NCBI GenBank assembly: GCA_016748015.1
Contig: JAAOMT010000436.1
Coordinates: 1,941,511 to 2,005,510, forward strand
Direction of reading: 5' to 3'
Length of the DNA stretch: 64,000 nt
From: Geosiphon pyriformis uo1
Taxonomy: Eukaryota > Fungi > Glomeromycota
A model generated the notes under the pieces. The model was given only the letters and a program-made list of their open reading frames with translations. It had not been told where the DNA came from and did no database searches. The stretch's first letter is position 1, and each line of letters starts with the position of its first letter. The position numbers and the translations under genes are program-made. Positions 1 to 14,188 of the stretch are shown one piece after another.

Positions 1-590
1 TTATTAATTTTTTTTGTTATTACTTTTTTGGTTATTTTTATTATTGTTATTATTGTTGGTATTTTAGATTTTTTGATTAATTAAAAGTTGGCTTTTCTAA
101 ATTTAAATTAGTTATATTAATTTTATTAATCAAATCTATTATTAAACTTATTAATTTTTTAATTGTTTTAGTTATTAAATTAATTAATACTTTTTTTTAA
201 GAATTAAGTTTAATAATAAAATTTTTATAATTAACAAAAATATTGATTTTTTTGATTATATAATTGATAATTTATGCAAAAAAATAAAAAATTTTAAAAT
301 AAAAATTTAATTAAATTTTTTGTTAAAAAATAATATATTTAATATAAAATTAAACTTTTTTATAAATAATAAAACTTTTAATAAATAAAAGTTTTAAACT
401 TTTAAAATTAAATCTAATATAAATAATACTATTTTATAATTAAATAATTTATTTATTTTAATAATAATTTAATTATAATTTTACATAAAATGTTTTTTTT
501 ATAAATTTATAATTTAATTTGGTTAACTTGAATAATTAATTATATATAAAAAACATATAAATTATAATTAATTATTAAATTATATTTATT
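1..590 (+). mobile_element. 3' end of a highly degenerate ORF1-only (non-autonomous) LINE derivative
   Basis: Decayed ORF1 C-terminus-like coding pattern (..LINQKLAFLNLN..LLIKSIIKLINFLIVLVIKLIN.., similar to the ORF1 end at ~1080-1170 on -), followed at ~520-570 by the LINE 3'-tail motif in + orientation. Confidence 0.4.
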
Positions 591-606
591 TTGGTTTTTT
601 ATTGTG

Positions 607-2870
607 TTTTAACAAAGTATGTCTAAATATTATCTAATATAATATATCAAACTAAATAATTTAAATTAAAAGTAAATTATGTATTTTTTAAATATAATTA
701 ATTATTTAAGTTAGTTAAAGCATTAACTAAATTAAATAAAAAAAACTAAGAGTAAATTTTATTTATTAAGTTTTTTGAATTAAAAATAAAATTACTAAAA
801 AACAATCTAGTTTTTTTAATATTACTTTTAATTTTAAAATCATATATTTATTACAAAGTAATTATATAATTATATGTTTTTTTACTTAAAAAATATGCTT
901 TAATAATATTTAAATTCTCAATATTTATGTTATTAAATTCGACTTTAACTTTAAGATAAGCAAAGTTTTAAATATATTAACTAAAAAAAAGCAAATTTTT
1001 TGAAAGTATTAACCATAATAAGCAAATTTTTTTTAACTTTGTGATTTTTGTGCATATTTTTAGACACAAAAAAAGCAATTAAAACAATCAAAAAACCAAT
1101 AAATTCAACAATAAACTTTATCAAAGCAGTTAAACCCAAAATTTAAGATTTTAAAAAATTTAATTTAAACTTAATAACATAATCAACAACAAAAGCAGCC
1201 AAAAAAACAGCAAAAAAAACCCAAAAAAGCAGAAATCATAACATAAAATTTGTTATTAACAAAAAAAGAAGTAAAAAACTTAAAGCCAACAACAAATTTA
1301 AAAGACAATTTAAAAAAATAGATAAAAACACTTTGTAATCAGCAAACAAATAGTCCAAATTTAACACTTATAATAATAATAATATCTAAAAGTTTTTCAC
1401 TAAATATAATATTCATGCAAAGAACTAGTTTTTGTTATAACAAGGTTTAATATTTTATTAAACTTAATAATAAAAATCAGAAAAATGGAAAATAAAACAA
1501 ATATAATTATTAATTTAAGAAATTATATCATTGATTTTAAAAACAGTATAACTAAAAAAAAATTGACCAATTTAATATTAAAAAAATTGCTTAAAGTAAT
1601 AATTTTTTTTAATTGAAAAAAATAAAAATCCGAATATTGTCTTTTTTAATCAGCACAAACTAGTTAGCAAGAGCAGCAGCAGAAAAAAAGTTCTTAAAAA
1701 TTACAACAACATATTATTACAAGCCAGCAGATTTTAATTTAGCAAAGATAATAACACCAAAAATACCAAAAATATTTTTAATTTTATTAAAAAATATACT
1801 AAAAAGAATATTACAAAGTATAACAAATATGAAAAAAAAGAACCAAAAGCTATTACAAAAGATTTTGCAATTTTAAGTGTAATTAAAAAAAACTATTAAT
1901 AATAATAATAATAATAATAATCAAGAAAGTTTTAAAAATAAAATTCACACAAAATAACTTTAATATTGTTTTTAAATACTAATTTAAGTCCAACAAAATT
2001 AAACAACAGATAAAACAAAAAAATAACTAAGACCAGTTTGATCTTAAAAGTAATATCAAGCATTAAAGTAGAAACTATTTACTCAAAAAACTTTTAATGA
2101 TTGGAAATTGTTTTTTAAGTATTATTAAAAGCAATATTAAAAAACAAAAAAACAGAGATTGATTTAGTTTTTATTTAATCTGTTCAATTTTTAAGATTAA
2201 GTAATCAAATGAATTTTTTTGTTTTTAAAATTAATAATAATTTGCTAAAAAACATCATATTTGATAATACAACCAATAATTAATCTTGGCTCATTTTAAA
2301 AAATATGTTATTGTTATTAATATTTATATTAAGAAAAAAACTAATTGTTACTAAAAAAAGTTTATCCAAAATTTCATCTAAAACCATAAAAAAATTCAGT
2401 ATAACAATAGCAAATACAAATAACTATTACTGTTTTTTTAATTCTTTGGCTTTTTTGGCTATTTACAAAAAAATGGTAATAAAAATAGAGAAAATTAACT
2501 TGTTAACTAATATATTATTAAAAACTTTGGGGCTTTTAAAGAAAATAAAAATAATACTAAGACTAATTTAAGTGTATTTCTTAGAAAAAATTTTAATTAA
2601 AAAAAAAACTACTAATTAAAAGTAAAAAAAATGCATTAAAAACTACCAAAAACAGCTTTTTACTACAAATATTTAAAAAAATATTACTAAGCCATTTTGT
2701 TTAACTGTTTTAACAATAAAAAAATCTTCTTTTATTAAAACTTTATTAGTTACTATAAAAAAAAATATTTAAAACTTTTTTACTCTTTGCTCTAATTATA
2801 GTTATAAAAATAAAAAATAAAAAAAGTTTATTTTATTAAAACATAATAAAAAAATTATATTTAAAATAAA
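607..2870 (-). mobile_element. ORF1-only non-autonomous LINE derivative, degenerate (copy 1)
   Basis: The minus strand encodes a decayed LINE ORF1-like protein (..IVSTLMLDITFK.., ..FVGLKLVFKNNIK..) that runs directly into the ~110-nt 3' tail shared with the autonomous LINEs (610-720 vs 62470-62580). No EN/RT lies in between. Colinear with 19081-20022. Confidence 0.6.
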
Positions 2871-2904
2871 GAATAAAATATTTATAATAATTATTTTTTT
2901 TTAA

Positions 2905-5900
2905 TTTATTATAAGTGCAGTTTAACTACTATTTAATATATAGAACCAGATTAAGTAATTCAAACTAAATAAAACTTATGTTTTTATTATATGTAATTAG
3001 TTATTTAGATCAAATAAAATAATACTATATACCTATATAAAAATATATATTATTATCTAAATCAGAAAAAAAAGGACAAAATCTATATTTACCAAATCTT
3101 ACTATAAAAAATTTAATAATATTAAGCAATTAAATTACTTTATCTAATAATACAGTTATCATATTACAAAACAAGTTTAATATCAAATTATTATTTTTGA
3201 TCAGGTTAATCTTTTTTATATTTATCTTATATCTAGATTTTATAAGTTACAACTTTGAATAATGTAACTTTATTAGTTGTTTAATATTGTTACAAGTAAT
3301 TATTTGAAGTGTTAAAACAAATAATAAACTTATAACTTAGTACTCAATAGCTTATTGATATTAGTAATTTCTAAAGATATTAGTGTCTAAAAATTTTGGT
3401 TGAGTCTTTTGTATAATAGACAAAAATTCAATTAATAGTTTCTTCTATGAATTTTTTTTTTAGCATAGTGGCTAATTTAATCTAACAGTTATGTTTTTTT
3501 GGTAAGCTATTCTTATTTTCAGGTTTTTTACTAGGCTATCCTTAATATTAAATACTTAGTGCTTAATTCCTTTCAATTAATTAGTAAACAACAAAGAATA
3601 AAACAAAAAAAAATAAAAAAATAAAAGAAAATAAGAAATTAGTATCCTATTAATAGCCATAATCAAGAATTATTGGTTCAATATGATTAAGTATTAGATT
3701 TTATCAACATAAAATATTAATAGAATGAAAATTATTAATATTTATTTATTAAGTTAGAATAACATAAATTTAGGTAATAATTAATATTTTATTGATATGT
3801 GATTTGATTTCCACTTCAAGTTGTAAAAAACTACTTTTTAAAGAAAAAGATATTGAATAATTAATGAATTTTAACTGATTGTTAATATTTTAATTTTTGT
3901 TATACAAAATTTTACATTTTCTTAAACAATGTGCCCTATTTTCTTTAACAATATGCTTATTGCTAAACAATATGCCATGATTTTCTGACAATGTGCTCAT
4001 TGTTGAGCAGTATGCTATAATTTACTAACAATATACACATTGTTGAGCAATATGTTCTAATTTCCTAACATTGTGTTTACTCATTAAGTATTATTCTTCT
4101 ATTAGTCTATTTTTTTATCTGTTTTTTCTACTTTCTTTCTTTGTACTTTTTCTATGAATAACAACATATTTAATAACAGCAGAAACAATCTTTTTTTTTG
4201 TTAAAAATTATAATGTCTTTGTGCATCAATCTTTTAACACAAATTTTTTACAAACTATTGTATATAAGCTCATATTTAATAAATACATGAAAAAAGTCTC
4301 CAAGATAACAAAAATAAAAGAAATACAAATATTTGCCAATAAAACTTATTGTTTAAAAACTTTTGCCAAAATTTTTTTGCAAACACCATTATTTTTAATG
4401 CAAACAAAAACATAGTTTAATAGCTTTACTTTATTATACAATAAATACAACATATTTAAATATGTTTTATTATAAAATTTTTTTTTAACTACTATTAACA
4501 GTTGTCTATATGCAGTTTTTATTAGATACATATACAAATTGGCAAATCTTCTGTTAGTAAACCAAAAAAGCATATGTAAATCAAAATGTTATATTTTTGT
4601 AGTAGTTAACTAATTCACTTTTCTAATTAATATATTTAAAATTATATAGTCAAAACCAGTTTTTTTATAAGCATAACAAATAAATCTATATAAATTATGA
4701 ATAAAATAATAAGTATTGTCAAATATAGCTGTGTTTTCAATTATTAAAAAACATTTGTGCATCCTAATTGGCAAAGAAAAAAGAAAGTAAACAGTCTTAC
4801 TTGTTATTATGTTAGCTTTAATATTATTTAGAATTTTTAAATAATCTTTAATTTTTACTTATCTAACCAAAAAATTCTTATTCTTAATTAAATTAACAAT
4901 ATGTTTTCTTTTTATTTAACATCAGTTATAAAAATCTAGTATAGCAAACAAAATCTTAAACACATATATATTAATAACAGTCTGGCTATTTAAATATAAA
5001 ACTATTATACAAGAAAATAAAACACATTCCAAAAACAAAGTAATAGCTTGTAATTTAGTTATAGTAAAAAACAAAATTTTTGTATTTTAATATTAATATT
5101 CATATTTACAACTAAAAAGTAAACTATAACTTTATTAGTAATCTTAACAGAATTAGTATTTTTTAAAGACCTATTTATATATACTTTGATAGTACTTAAT
5201 TAAACTTTATGTAAATATTCTTACATATTAAAAAACTCTCTAGAGTTTAGAATATTTAAGCCAAGTAATCTGCCAATACTGGCAAAATTAATTATTAAAA
5301 AACTCTTATTACACAAAAACTTTAATACTAGCTTAAACCAATAAGACATAAAGCTCTTAGGATCTAATTTTTTTCATTAATAAAATATTTTTTAGTTCAT
5401 CATATTATCTTTTCTGTTCAAAAGTTTGTTATCAAATATAACTTTAAATCTTTTTAAAAAATAAACTAAACTATAATACAAAAACTTTTCTAAAATATTT
5501 AATATTAAGAACTTATTAAGACTACAAAACATATTAGACAAATTATTCATTAAAGATAAATTATTGTCCAAAAAAATTCTTACTATCTCAACCAAAAAAT
5601 TGTTTATTGAATTAACATACAACTTGACAAAAAATTGCAAAAATTCAAAAGAGCTTATCTTAGAATCTGCAAATTAAAGAATTTGTAATCAAATAAATGC
5701 TCAAAAATATTTATAGTATTAAAAAAGATAATTACTGAAGCCAATTTTTTTTCAAATTGTATTAGCTCAAAGAACTTTAAACCATATAAAAAAGAATAAT
5801 ACAAAGTTTTATTAAGAAAGTCTTATGGCAAATTGGTTTTAGTCTTAAAACTTATCTTAACTATTATGTTTTATTTATAATACACACTTAATAAAACAAA

Positions 5901-8900
5901 ACTAAACTGTAACTAATAGTTAATTATAAGTTGCAAGACAGTTAACACTAAATAAGAAAACTGTTTATTTGTAATTGCTTTTTTCAATACTATATTGGCA
6001 AAAAACCTGAAATTAAAATAAGCTTAAGTTATACTAAACTTAAAAAAACCTTTAGTTGATAGAAAAATTTCCAAATACTTATGTAATTTACTTTTTTTAG
6101 CAATTAAAATTAGCAAGCCACTGATTATTAACAAAACAGTTTTAATACTCTGGTTGATAAAAATGACCATAGTTTTTTTATTATTAATTAAAATATTGTT
6201 AATATCAAAAAACTCATTAACAATGTTTAAAATATATTGTGTAGAAATTTGGTTACTTTTAATCTAAATTGTGTTATTAACAAAAACACTTAGAGTAAAA
6301 AATGACATCTTTTCTTTATCATCCTCTATTTTGTCAGTTTTAGTCACAAACCTAATATTAATTAGGTATTTAGATAAGTGTTCATGCTTTTTAATCTTAC
6401 ACAAAAGAAAATTATAAAAAATTCTCTAAAAAAAAAAGAAAAATTTTTATTTTGATTTAATCTACTCTATAATTATTTAAAAGCCCAAAATTTGGCATTA
6501 TTTTATTAATTCTATTCTTATATATATTGCCAAAAAACTTAACAAACTAATTGTATATTTTAATGTATTATAAATTAGTTCTTAGATAATACTATTTTAT
6601 TAAGTTATAAGCTTTACACATATTTTGCAAAACCAACTAAAGCTCTCTATTTTTTTTAAAGCATTTTTAATTACAAACTCAATAACAAAAATAGGAGATT
6701 AAGTTAAAATATATTTTAACACCAAAAAATTATCATTATAAAGAACACCAAATTTGCTACATGTTAAAAAAATCTGATTAAAAAAATTTTAACCAAAATT
6801 TTTTTAGTTATTTCAATTAATACAATTAGTTAAGTGTTTATTAAAATGTTATCTTATTTATAAGACTTGAAAATCATTAAAACTTATACCTTTTTTTAAA
6901 AAACCAATATTACTTAAAAACAAACAAGAATTCAACAAAACCAAAAAGCATTTTATAACAACTTTACTACAATACTTCCAAAGCTTATTTAATATTTCAA
7001 ACAATTTGACAACTTTACTATCAAACAAATTATTAATCACCAGAACCAATTTTTCCATGTTAATTTTCTTTGTTATATCAAAAAAAACATTATTATTTAT
7101 GTAGTTTAAAAATATATAGTCGAGTTTAAACTAAAAGATAGAAAGGCAAAATGTAAGTGTAAATTATCTGAATTTGAGTCTAGTGCTAAGTTAAATAAGC
7201 ACCCTAAATTAAAGTATAGAAAAAGAAGCAATAATTATAATAATAATAATAGCAATACTTCAAATTCAAATTGTTCTGATTCCAATCTATCTGATTTTAT
7301 TGGCAAAACCAAAAATCAGATATCTTTAAGAACACAGACTACTTTCTTGTCTATTTTTCTATAATTTTATTGATCTTAAACTTTACTTTATCTGGTTTTA
7401 CAACTAATTTTTTTCTAATTACCAAGTAATTCAAAACAACTTTGCAAAAAAGCCATTTTAAAATACTTTTAATTATATATTTCTTGTTAAAACAAAAATT
7501 CTTTATATGTTGTTTAATTGTTTTCTTAATAGATATATTTTTAAACGTTTTTAACTTATAATACTTAAATTTTTTATATTTTTTCTTAACCATTGATAAA
7601 TGTTTTATAATGTCTATTATTTTAATATTATCTTAAATTATGCTGTTAATCTTAAAAGCTTTAGTATTATTAACAGTTAACCAAGTTTTAACAAGATGCT
7701 CAAATTTCAAAAGATTTTTTGAATTTAACTTTTTAATAATCTTAGCAATAAACAGCTCAAATTTGAAAAATTTTTATAACTATTTGTTTTTTAAGTAATT
7801 ATATTCATTATACCAATATTTAAAAAACATTATATTAGCAAAATATATTAAAACTTTTTTTAATATTTTTTATATTGCATTTAAGTTACTAAAATTTTTT
7901 GTCTACTCAAATATATTTAATATCACTAACAGTTTAATAGAAAAATACTTTTTAAAATATGCTTATTTGACCTTATTTATATCTTTAATCTTAAACTTTT
8001 ATTGATTTTTATTGGTTTGTTTATAAATACTATTAAGACAAATATCTAAGAAATTATTTAAACTAATTACAACTAAAACTGTCTTGTGCTCTATATTAAA
8101 AAACTCGAATATAATGTCAATTTTATGATTTGCAATTGCAGATACAGAGTTTTTGTTTATAAAAATATAATTTATAACCTTTTTAATGTCTTTAAAATTG
8201 TTCTAAATAGAAGTTTTAACTATTAAATATCTATTAAATAAGTTAACCAAACTTAAATTCAAACAAAACTTGAAATTCACACTTTTTTTGAATCTATTTT
8301 CATTGAAATTTCTACTTAGAACAACAAAAATATTAGAATTAACTGACTTGACAATAAAAAAATTAATCTTTAATGTTTGTCCAAATCTGGTTTTAGCAAA
8401 AGCACCAGTATACAAACTTAAAATAACAACCAAAAGTCTATTTTTAAACAAAAAACAAATTAAAATAATTTTACTTAAAATTTTGTCAATTTTTAAAACA
8501 TAATAAACCAAAAAACTGTTTATAATAACTGTTATATTAACACCAAAAAAATTTTTATTCAAACCAGATATAAAAATTTGAACTTTATTAATAAAATTAG
8601 TCATTAAAATAAAAATTGAGTCAAGATATACAAGTTATTATATAATTGATTTAATATTATTAAAACTAAACTAAAAAAGATTTTATGAGCAACCAACTTT
8701 AATTCCAAACTGCTTACTTTGGTAGTCAAAATTTTCAAGTTATTTAAATTCAAATTTAAAATCTTAGACACAGCCAATAAAAGTAAAAGAAACAATATTT
8801 AGAAATTATTTACTACTATATTTAAATCTAAACTCAATTTTAAAAACACCAAAACAAATGATAAAAAAAATTGAATCACTAAAACTAAAGACACCAAATT

Positions 8901-10520
8901 CATATTACTTAGTTTTTAGACAATACTAAATATTTAATTAACCAAAAGTTTTAAAAAATATTTTAAACAGATCAAGTAATTATTAATAAAAAATTATTTT
9001 ATATAGTTAAACCAATTTTGTTAAAACTCAGAATACTAAAAAAAATCTAAAGCTTAAACCAAAGTAAGTATTATTAAAACTAGAAATAAGCAAAACTATT
9101 TAAGCTCATAATTTGCTGCCAAATATGAAATAGAAACACTTTTTTTAATATATAATTTGGCTAATTAAAGATAATTTTTGTCTAATACAGGCTTTCTATA
9201 TATTTTTAAAGAAAAAAAACTAATGCATCTAAGATATTACACTCCAAAAAAATATCCAAAATACTTATATCTTTTATATCAAACCAAATCTAATTTAGCC
9301 CAAAAAAATTTAATGTTATTTAGAATTGGCTTTGTATAAAAGACTGACTTCAAATTTTTTTTTAATTTAAAATTAATTATAATGTAACAAACTTTGTTAC
9401 ATGTCTTAAATAATCAATTAATAATGCAAGTCTTCTTACCAACCTTTTTTAACAGATCACCAAAATTATAGACAGTTGTTTTTACAGAAAGTGTAAACAA
9501 AAGTGCTCTGAAACAATTTTTTAACATCTATACATCATAATTTTCTATAGTTTTAACCATATATACTGAGTTTTTTCTAATTAAAAATAACTATTTAAAT
9601 GCTAAACAATTAGTTTAACTTGATTTAATGAATTTTATTACAGTTTTTGTTATATTTTAATAAGTTGTAATTAAATTAACATTATTTAACCAAACTTAAA
9701 AAGAATTATAATAATTATTTTTTTTATATCTATAAAATTTTTTTTATAATTACAGTCTAATTTAAATAAAATTTTTGTTTCTTAAAATTACTGTTTACTC
9801 TGATCTTATTTTTTTCAGCCAATAATATGATCTTATTTAAGTTTTTCTTAGATATAAATATTGATTTAATAATTTTTTTAAATTTTAAAAAGATAATAGT
9901 TCTTCTAAAACTATTAATTATTGAAAATTTTTTTTTAATAATCCGAGTTTTTGCCATTGCCAATTTGCTATCTATTGCCAAAAGATTAATATTTAAAGCA
10001 AAAAATTTTTTAATAGATATCTTTACTTAAGTTTTAATAATTCTTGAATTAATTTATTTTTTGTTCAAAAAAATAAGAAGACAAAAAAACCAAAAACAAT
10101 ATTAATATTAACTTGTTTGGTCTTAAAAGTATTTATTTTAGAATTAAACTGTTTTTATCTTTATTACTTGCTCCATAATCACTATTTAAAAATTCCACTT
10201 TAGGAGTATTTTTATCTGTATTTATCTTAGCAAACTGATTAACAATATGTTTGATCTACTAAAACTCAAATTTACTTTATTATCTAAATGCTTTATTTTG
10301 CTAAAAAAAGTTTTTTGCTTTTAAGTTAAGCTTTTATTAATTAAATCTAAAGCCAGAACTCTAATTGGTCTTTTTTTAGTTATAAAACTACTTATGATGA
10401 CAGCTAACTTAACAACAAAAAGATTAGTTTCTTGGAAAATTATAAAATATAAAACAAAAAAACAATTTTTTTTTAAAATTATGTTCTTTGAAAAATTTTG
10501 AATATAAAAAAGAAAAACGT
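2905..10520 (-). mobile_element. Near full-length degenerate LINE (ORF1, APE endonuclease, RT, RNase H, C-terminal Cys/His region), interrupted by a solo LTR
   Basis: ORF1 remnants ~8604-10400. EN remnant 8203-8604 (VVILSLYTGA, VVLSRNFNE). RT remnants ~5900-7060 (FDSKVVKLFEILNKLWKY, homologous to 45376-46540). RNase H ~4800-5200. 3' tail at ~2905-3015. Many transition-derived stops. Confidence 0.8.
3288..4163 (-). repeat. Solo LTR (family E, 876 bp) inserted in LINE ORF2 C-terminus
   Basis: TGTTA...TAACA termini; flanks ATAT / ACAT (4-bp TSD with one C>T). The left part is homologous to LTR-A. A ~20-bp tandem array lies at ~3920-4080. Strand is assigned by analogy to LTR-A. Confidence 0.85.
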
Positions 10521-12782
10521 TTTTTTTTAATATTAAGTATTATAAGTATAATAAAATAAATTATAAATTTTGTATTTGTTTACTATATTAATAAAAATAA
10601 AAAACAATATTATATATAAATTTTTTAAAAATTTAATATTAGTACTATTTATATAATTTAATATATATATTTTTTATTTTATATTAATAAATATAATTTA
10701 ATTATTACTTAAAACATTATAACAAAAAAGTTTAAAATTAAGTACAGTTTATATATTTTTTATATGTAATTAGTCATCTAATTTAATATTAATATTAATT
10801 ATAATATAATAAGTTATAATTCTTATTAAGAATTTTGGATTTAAAACTTAATATATTAAGTTTTTGAAAATTTTAAATATAACAAATTAACTGTAGTTAA
10901 AATTAAGAATTGGTAAAAAAATTTATAAAAAAAAATTTAAAAACCAATAACTAAAAAAGATTTTATTTAAAAAAAATTAAATAAAAATAAAAATATTTAT
11001 TTATTAAATTAATAATAAATACAAATATTTAATTTATATAAATATAATATAATCTTAATTGGTTTAATTATATTAATTATATGTAAAAAGCACATAAATT
11101 GTATTTAAAATAAAATAAAATATATATATTAAATATATTTTAATAATAGTTAAATTAAATTATTTTAAATAATAAATTATATATATATATATATATATTA
11201 TTAAAATATTTACAAATATAACAATTTAAACTTATTTAAAGTCAATTAATAATTTAAAGTTTAATAATTTTTTTATAATTTTAATATTTTTATAACATGT
11301 GTAATATTTTTATTTTTTATTTTTTTATTAATGTTTTACAAATATAATTTAATCATTAACTATTATAATATAACAGCATTAGATGTGGATCGTGTAATTA
11401 ATAATACGTAATTAGACATTTACTATTAATTATTATTATTATTAATAAAAATGGTTTTTTTATTTATCTGTAATTAAAATTTTTTTATTACAATAAATAA
11501 AAATTATTGTAATTAAATAATAATATTAAATTTTTTAATAAAAACGAAAATTATTTATAATATAAAATCGGATGACTGATCATGCATAGTTTGTTATACG
11601 AAAATAGTTGGTAGTTGGATTACATCATATAAGCAAAAAATAAATAAAATTACTATTTAAAAAAAAACTTAGGTAAAAATAGCTTAATAATTTAAATACA
11701 TATGAAATTAATATCCATACCAAAAATAAAATAATAAATAATAAATATTAAATATTAAATTATAATATTAAATTATAAAACTTAATAAATTAAAAAAATT
11801 AAAATTTTTGTAGTAAATTTCTATAAATTTAATATATATAATATTAATATTAAAACTGAAAATTTTATCTGAAATTTAATATTTTATAAATCAGATATTA
11901 TAACTAAAAAACCAATAATATATATAAAAAAACCAATAATAATTTAAAACTTTATTTAATAAAGACTTTTACAATTAAAAATATATAATAAAAATGTTAA
12001 AAAGTTAAAATATTAATTGATAAAAAACTTTTAATATTAATTTATACAAACTTTATTATTTATTAATCATAAATAAATAAACAAATAAATATTAAATAAA
12101 AAAATTGAATTAATAATTGTATCATTAAATTTTTTAATAATTTTGAATTTATTATAATTTTTTTGTTTTATCAAGTCAATTATAATATTTTTATATAACA
12201 AAATTAACTTCATTATTAAAAAAGTATTTTTTATTTTTTATATTTTATAAATTAATTATCAGTTTATAAAAATTTACATATAATTGAGCCTTATTTTTTT
12301 AATATTAAAGCCATAACAAAAATAAAATCATTAATGTTATAATTTATAAATTGTGTTTTAAAAAATGGTTAGAAAAAAATATTTTGTCTTTTCAGTTTTA
12401 ACATCGAAATGTATTTAAAAGGTTGGATATTTTAGAAGCAAAAAAGTGATATTAGTTTTAATATTTGTATTATACAAGACACAAATTTTATATACTTTGG
12501 TAATTAAAAAATTTAACAATAGTCCGTCAGCCACAATTATATTCCGCTTTACCCAGAGAATCTGGGAAAAACCAAATATAGATTTATATTTCTTGCTTCA
12601 GTTGAACTTGACGTAGCGATTAATCTGAATAAAAGTCCCACTGTGAGAGCCATTAAGATTCTTTTATCAATGATAAATAATGAAGCTATCATTACGTTCT
12701 TGACTGGGACTTCTATAAAAAACCGTGTAATATACATCAAATTAATGTTATCTCTATTATATTTTTTGGCTTAATTAGGAAT

Positions 12783-13964
12783 TCACATAAAATCATCAAA
12801 TTCGTCCAAATCATCATCCAAACTCCCATAATTTGTAGTATCAACGGGTTCAAATTTTCCGGCTGTAAGAGAAGGTTTGCTTGGTTTACCTATATTAAAA
12901 AATTATATGATTTAATTCCAGTCTTCATTAAATCAATATAAAGATAGATCAAAGAAAAATTAAAAATGTATACCTTTTTTCTTCCCTTTATTGACATCTT
13001 TTAATGCCTTTGTTTTTTCATTTGCCAAAGTATACAAAGTGCCAGACACCTTACGTACATCAACGTCTTTAAGAGGAAGACAAAGCTCTCGGAAAAAAGT
13101 ATTAATGAAACCTAAATAAGGGCCTTGTTTCTAGAGTATAGAACTTCAATATAATTATTCCAAAAATAATTTCTAAAAAGATGCAAATCGGTCATAATAC
13201 CTCATGTTTGCTTATTCTGGCAACAAGTATTCTTGAAAATTCTTCAAACTCCTCTTTTGTTTTGGGATTTATCGTTTCTAAAAAGCTAATTTCATCTATA
13301 TTTTATCATGAAGAATTATAACAATTATTTAAAATTAATTAATTTAATTTATTCACATATTAGCTTGCTTTTACCATTCAGATCTACTCCAAAGGTATTT
13401 GCTGCATTTTCAAGATCAGATTTGACTTCTAATTGGTGAAGCCGATTTTTTCTCTCCACTGGGTCTTCAAGAAAATCTTGCTGCTTCTATATCATGTGTA
13501 TCAAAATTATTAGAATGAATGAGTTGAAATAAGTGATTTAATAAAAATTTTTACAGCTTCAGCAGCTTTTTCGGCAATTCCTTTGTTCTTTGCCTCTCTT
13601 TCGGCTATTTTTTGCTCCACAGGAATCCTTTTCTTTACAGGCTCTTTTGAGGGTTTAGACTTGGATTTTCCGTCCTCCTCTTCCGATTCTTCCCAGGATT
13701 CCTAAGCACACGTGAGGAAATTTCAGGAAAATAGGAGTTTAGTGTGAAAAGATTGAACTTTAACATTTTCAAACTTTGATTTCGTCCTCCTCAACGTCTT
13801 CGTCCTCCCACTTTTTTTTAGCAATAAGAAGTGGAACGGGAACCTCGTCAGGGTCACTTTCCTCTTTATCTTGCGGGATATAAGTAGAAAAAAATTAATG
13901 CTAAGTCATCTCTTTTTGTATTGCTTACTTTCAGACTTTTTCAAAACTTACCCCAATCCTCCAT
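12783..13964 (-). CDS. HCR1: Eukaryotic translation initiation factor 3 subunit J (eIF3j/Hcr1), 7 exons, 241 aa
   Basis: Exons 13952-13964, 13775-13869, 13555-13701, 13375-13486, 13201-13295, 12974-13130, 12783-12889, all GT-AG and in frame. Protein MEDWD..KKWEDEDVEEDEIKESWEES..SDLENAANTFG..NPKTKEEFEEF..VRKVSGTLYTLANEK..DEFDDFM*, typical of eIF3j. Confidence 0.93.
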
Positions 13965-14188
13965 GGCTAAAGCCTATGAAAGAAAATTAAAAAACCTCGT
14001 CAATTTATGCATTGTAAAACTTATTAGTCTATATGAATTTAGATCTAGAACAAATCAATTCGCTAAAGTCTGTTCTACAATATCTAATTTCCCATGATCA
14101 GAACTGATATATCAAGATACATCTATTTGTTCTTATCACATAACGTAACCATTTCTTTGTCTCGGTTTTTATAATTACTCTAATATCA
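13965..14188. promoter_or_regulatory. Putative bidirectional promoter region between eIF3j and tropomyosin
   Basis: The divergent ATGs are only 224 bp apart, so this interval must contain both 5' UTRs and core promoters. Confidence 0.55.

Noticed and set aside
1-12400. Organellar, Mollicute-endosymbiont or alternative-genetic-code origin of the extreme AT content
   Set aside because: The region resolves into decayed nuclear TEs with all three stop types arising from transitions, next to standard-code spliceosomal genes.
12549-12740. 63-aa ORF as a separate gene
   Set aside because: Lies in the probable eIF3j 3' UTR, starts at a non-ATG codon and has no recognisable motif.
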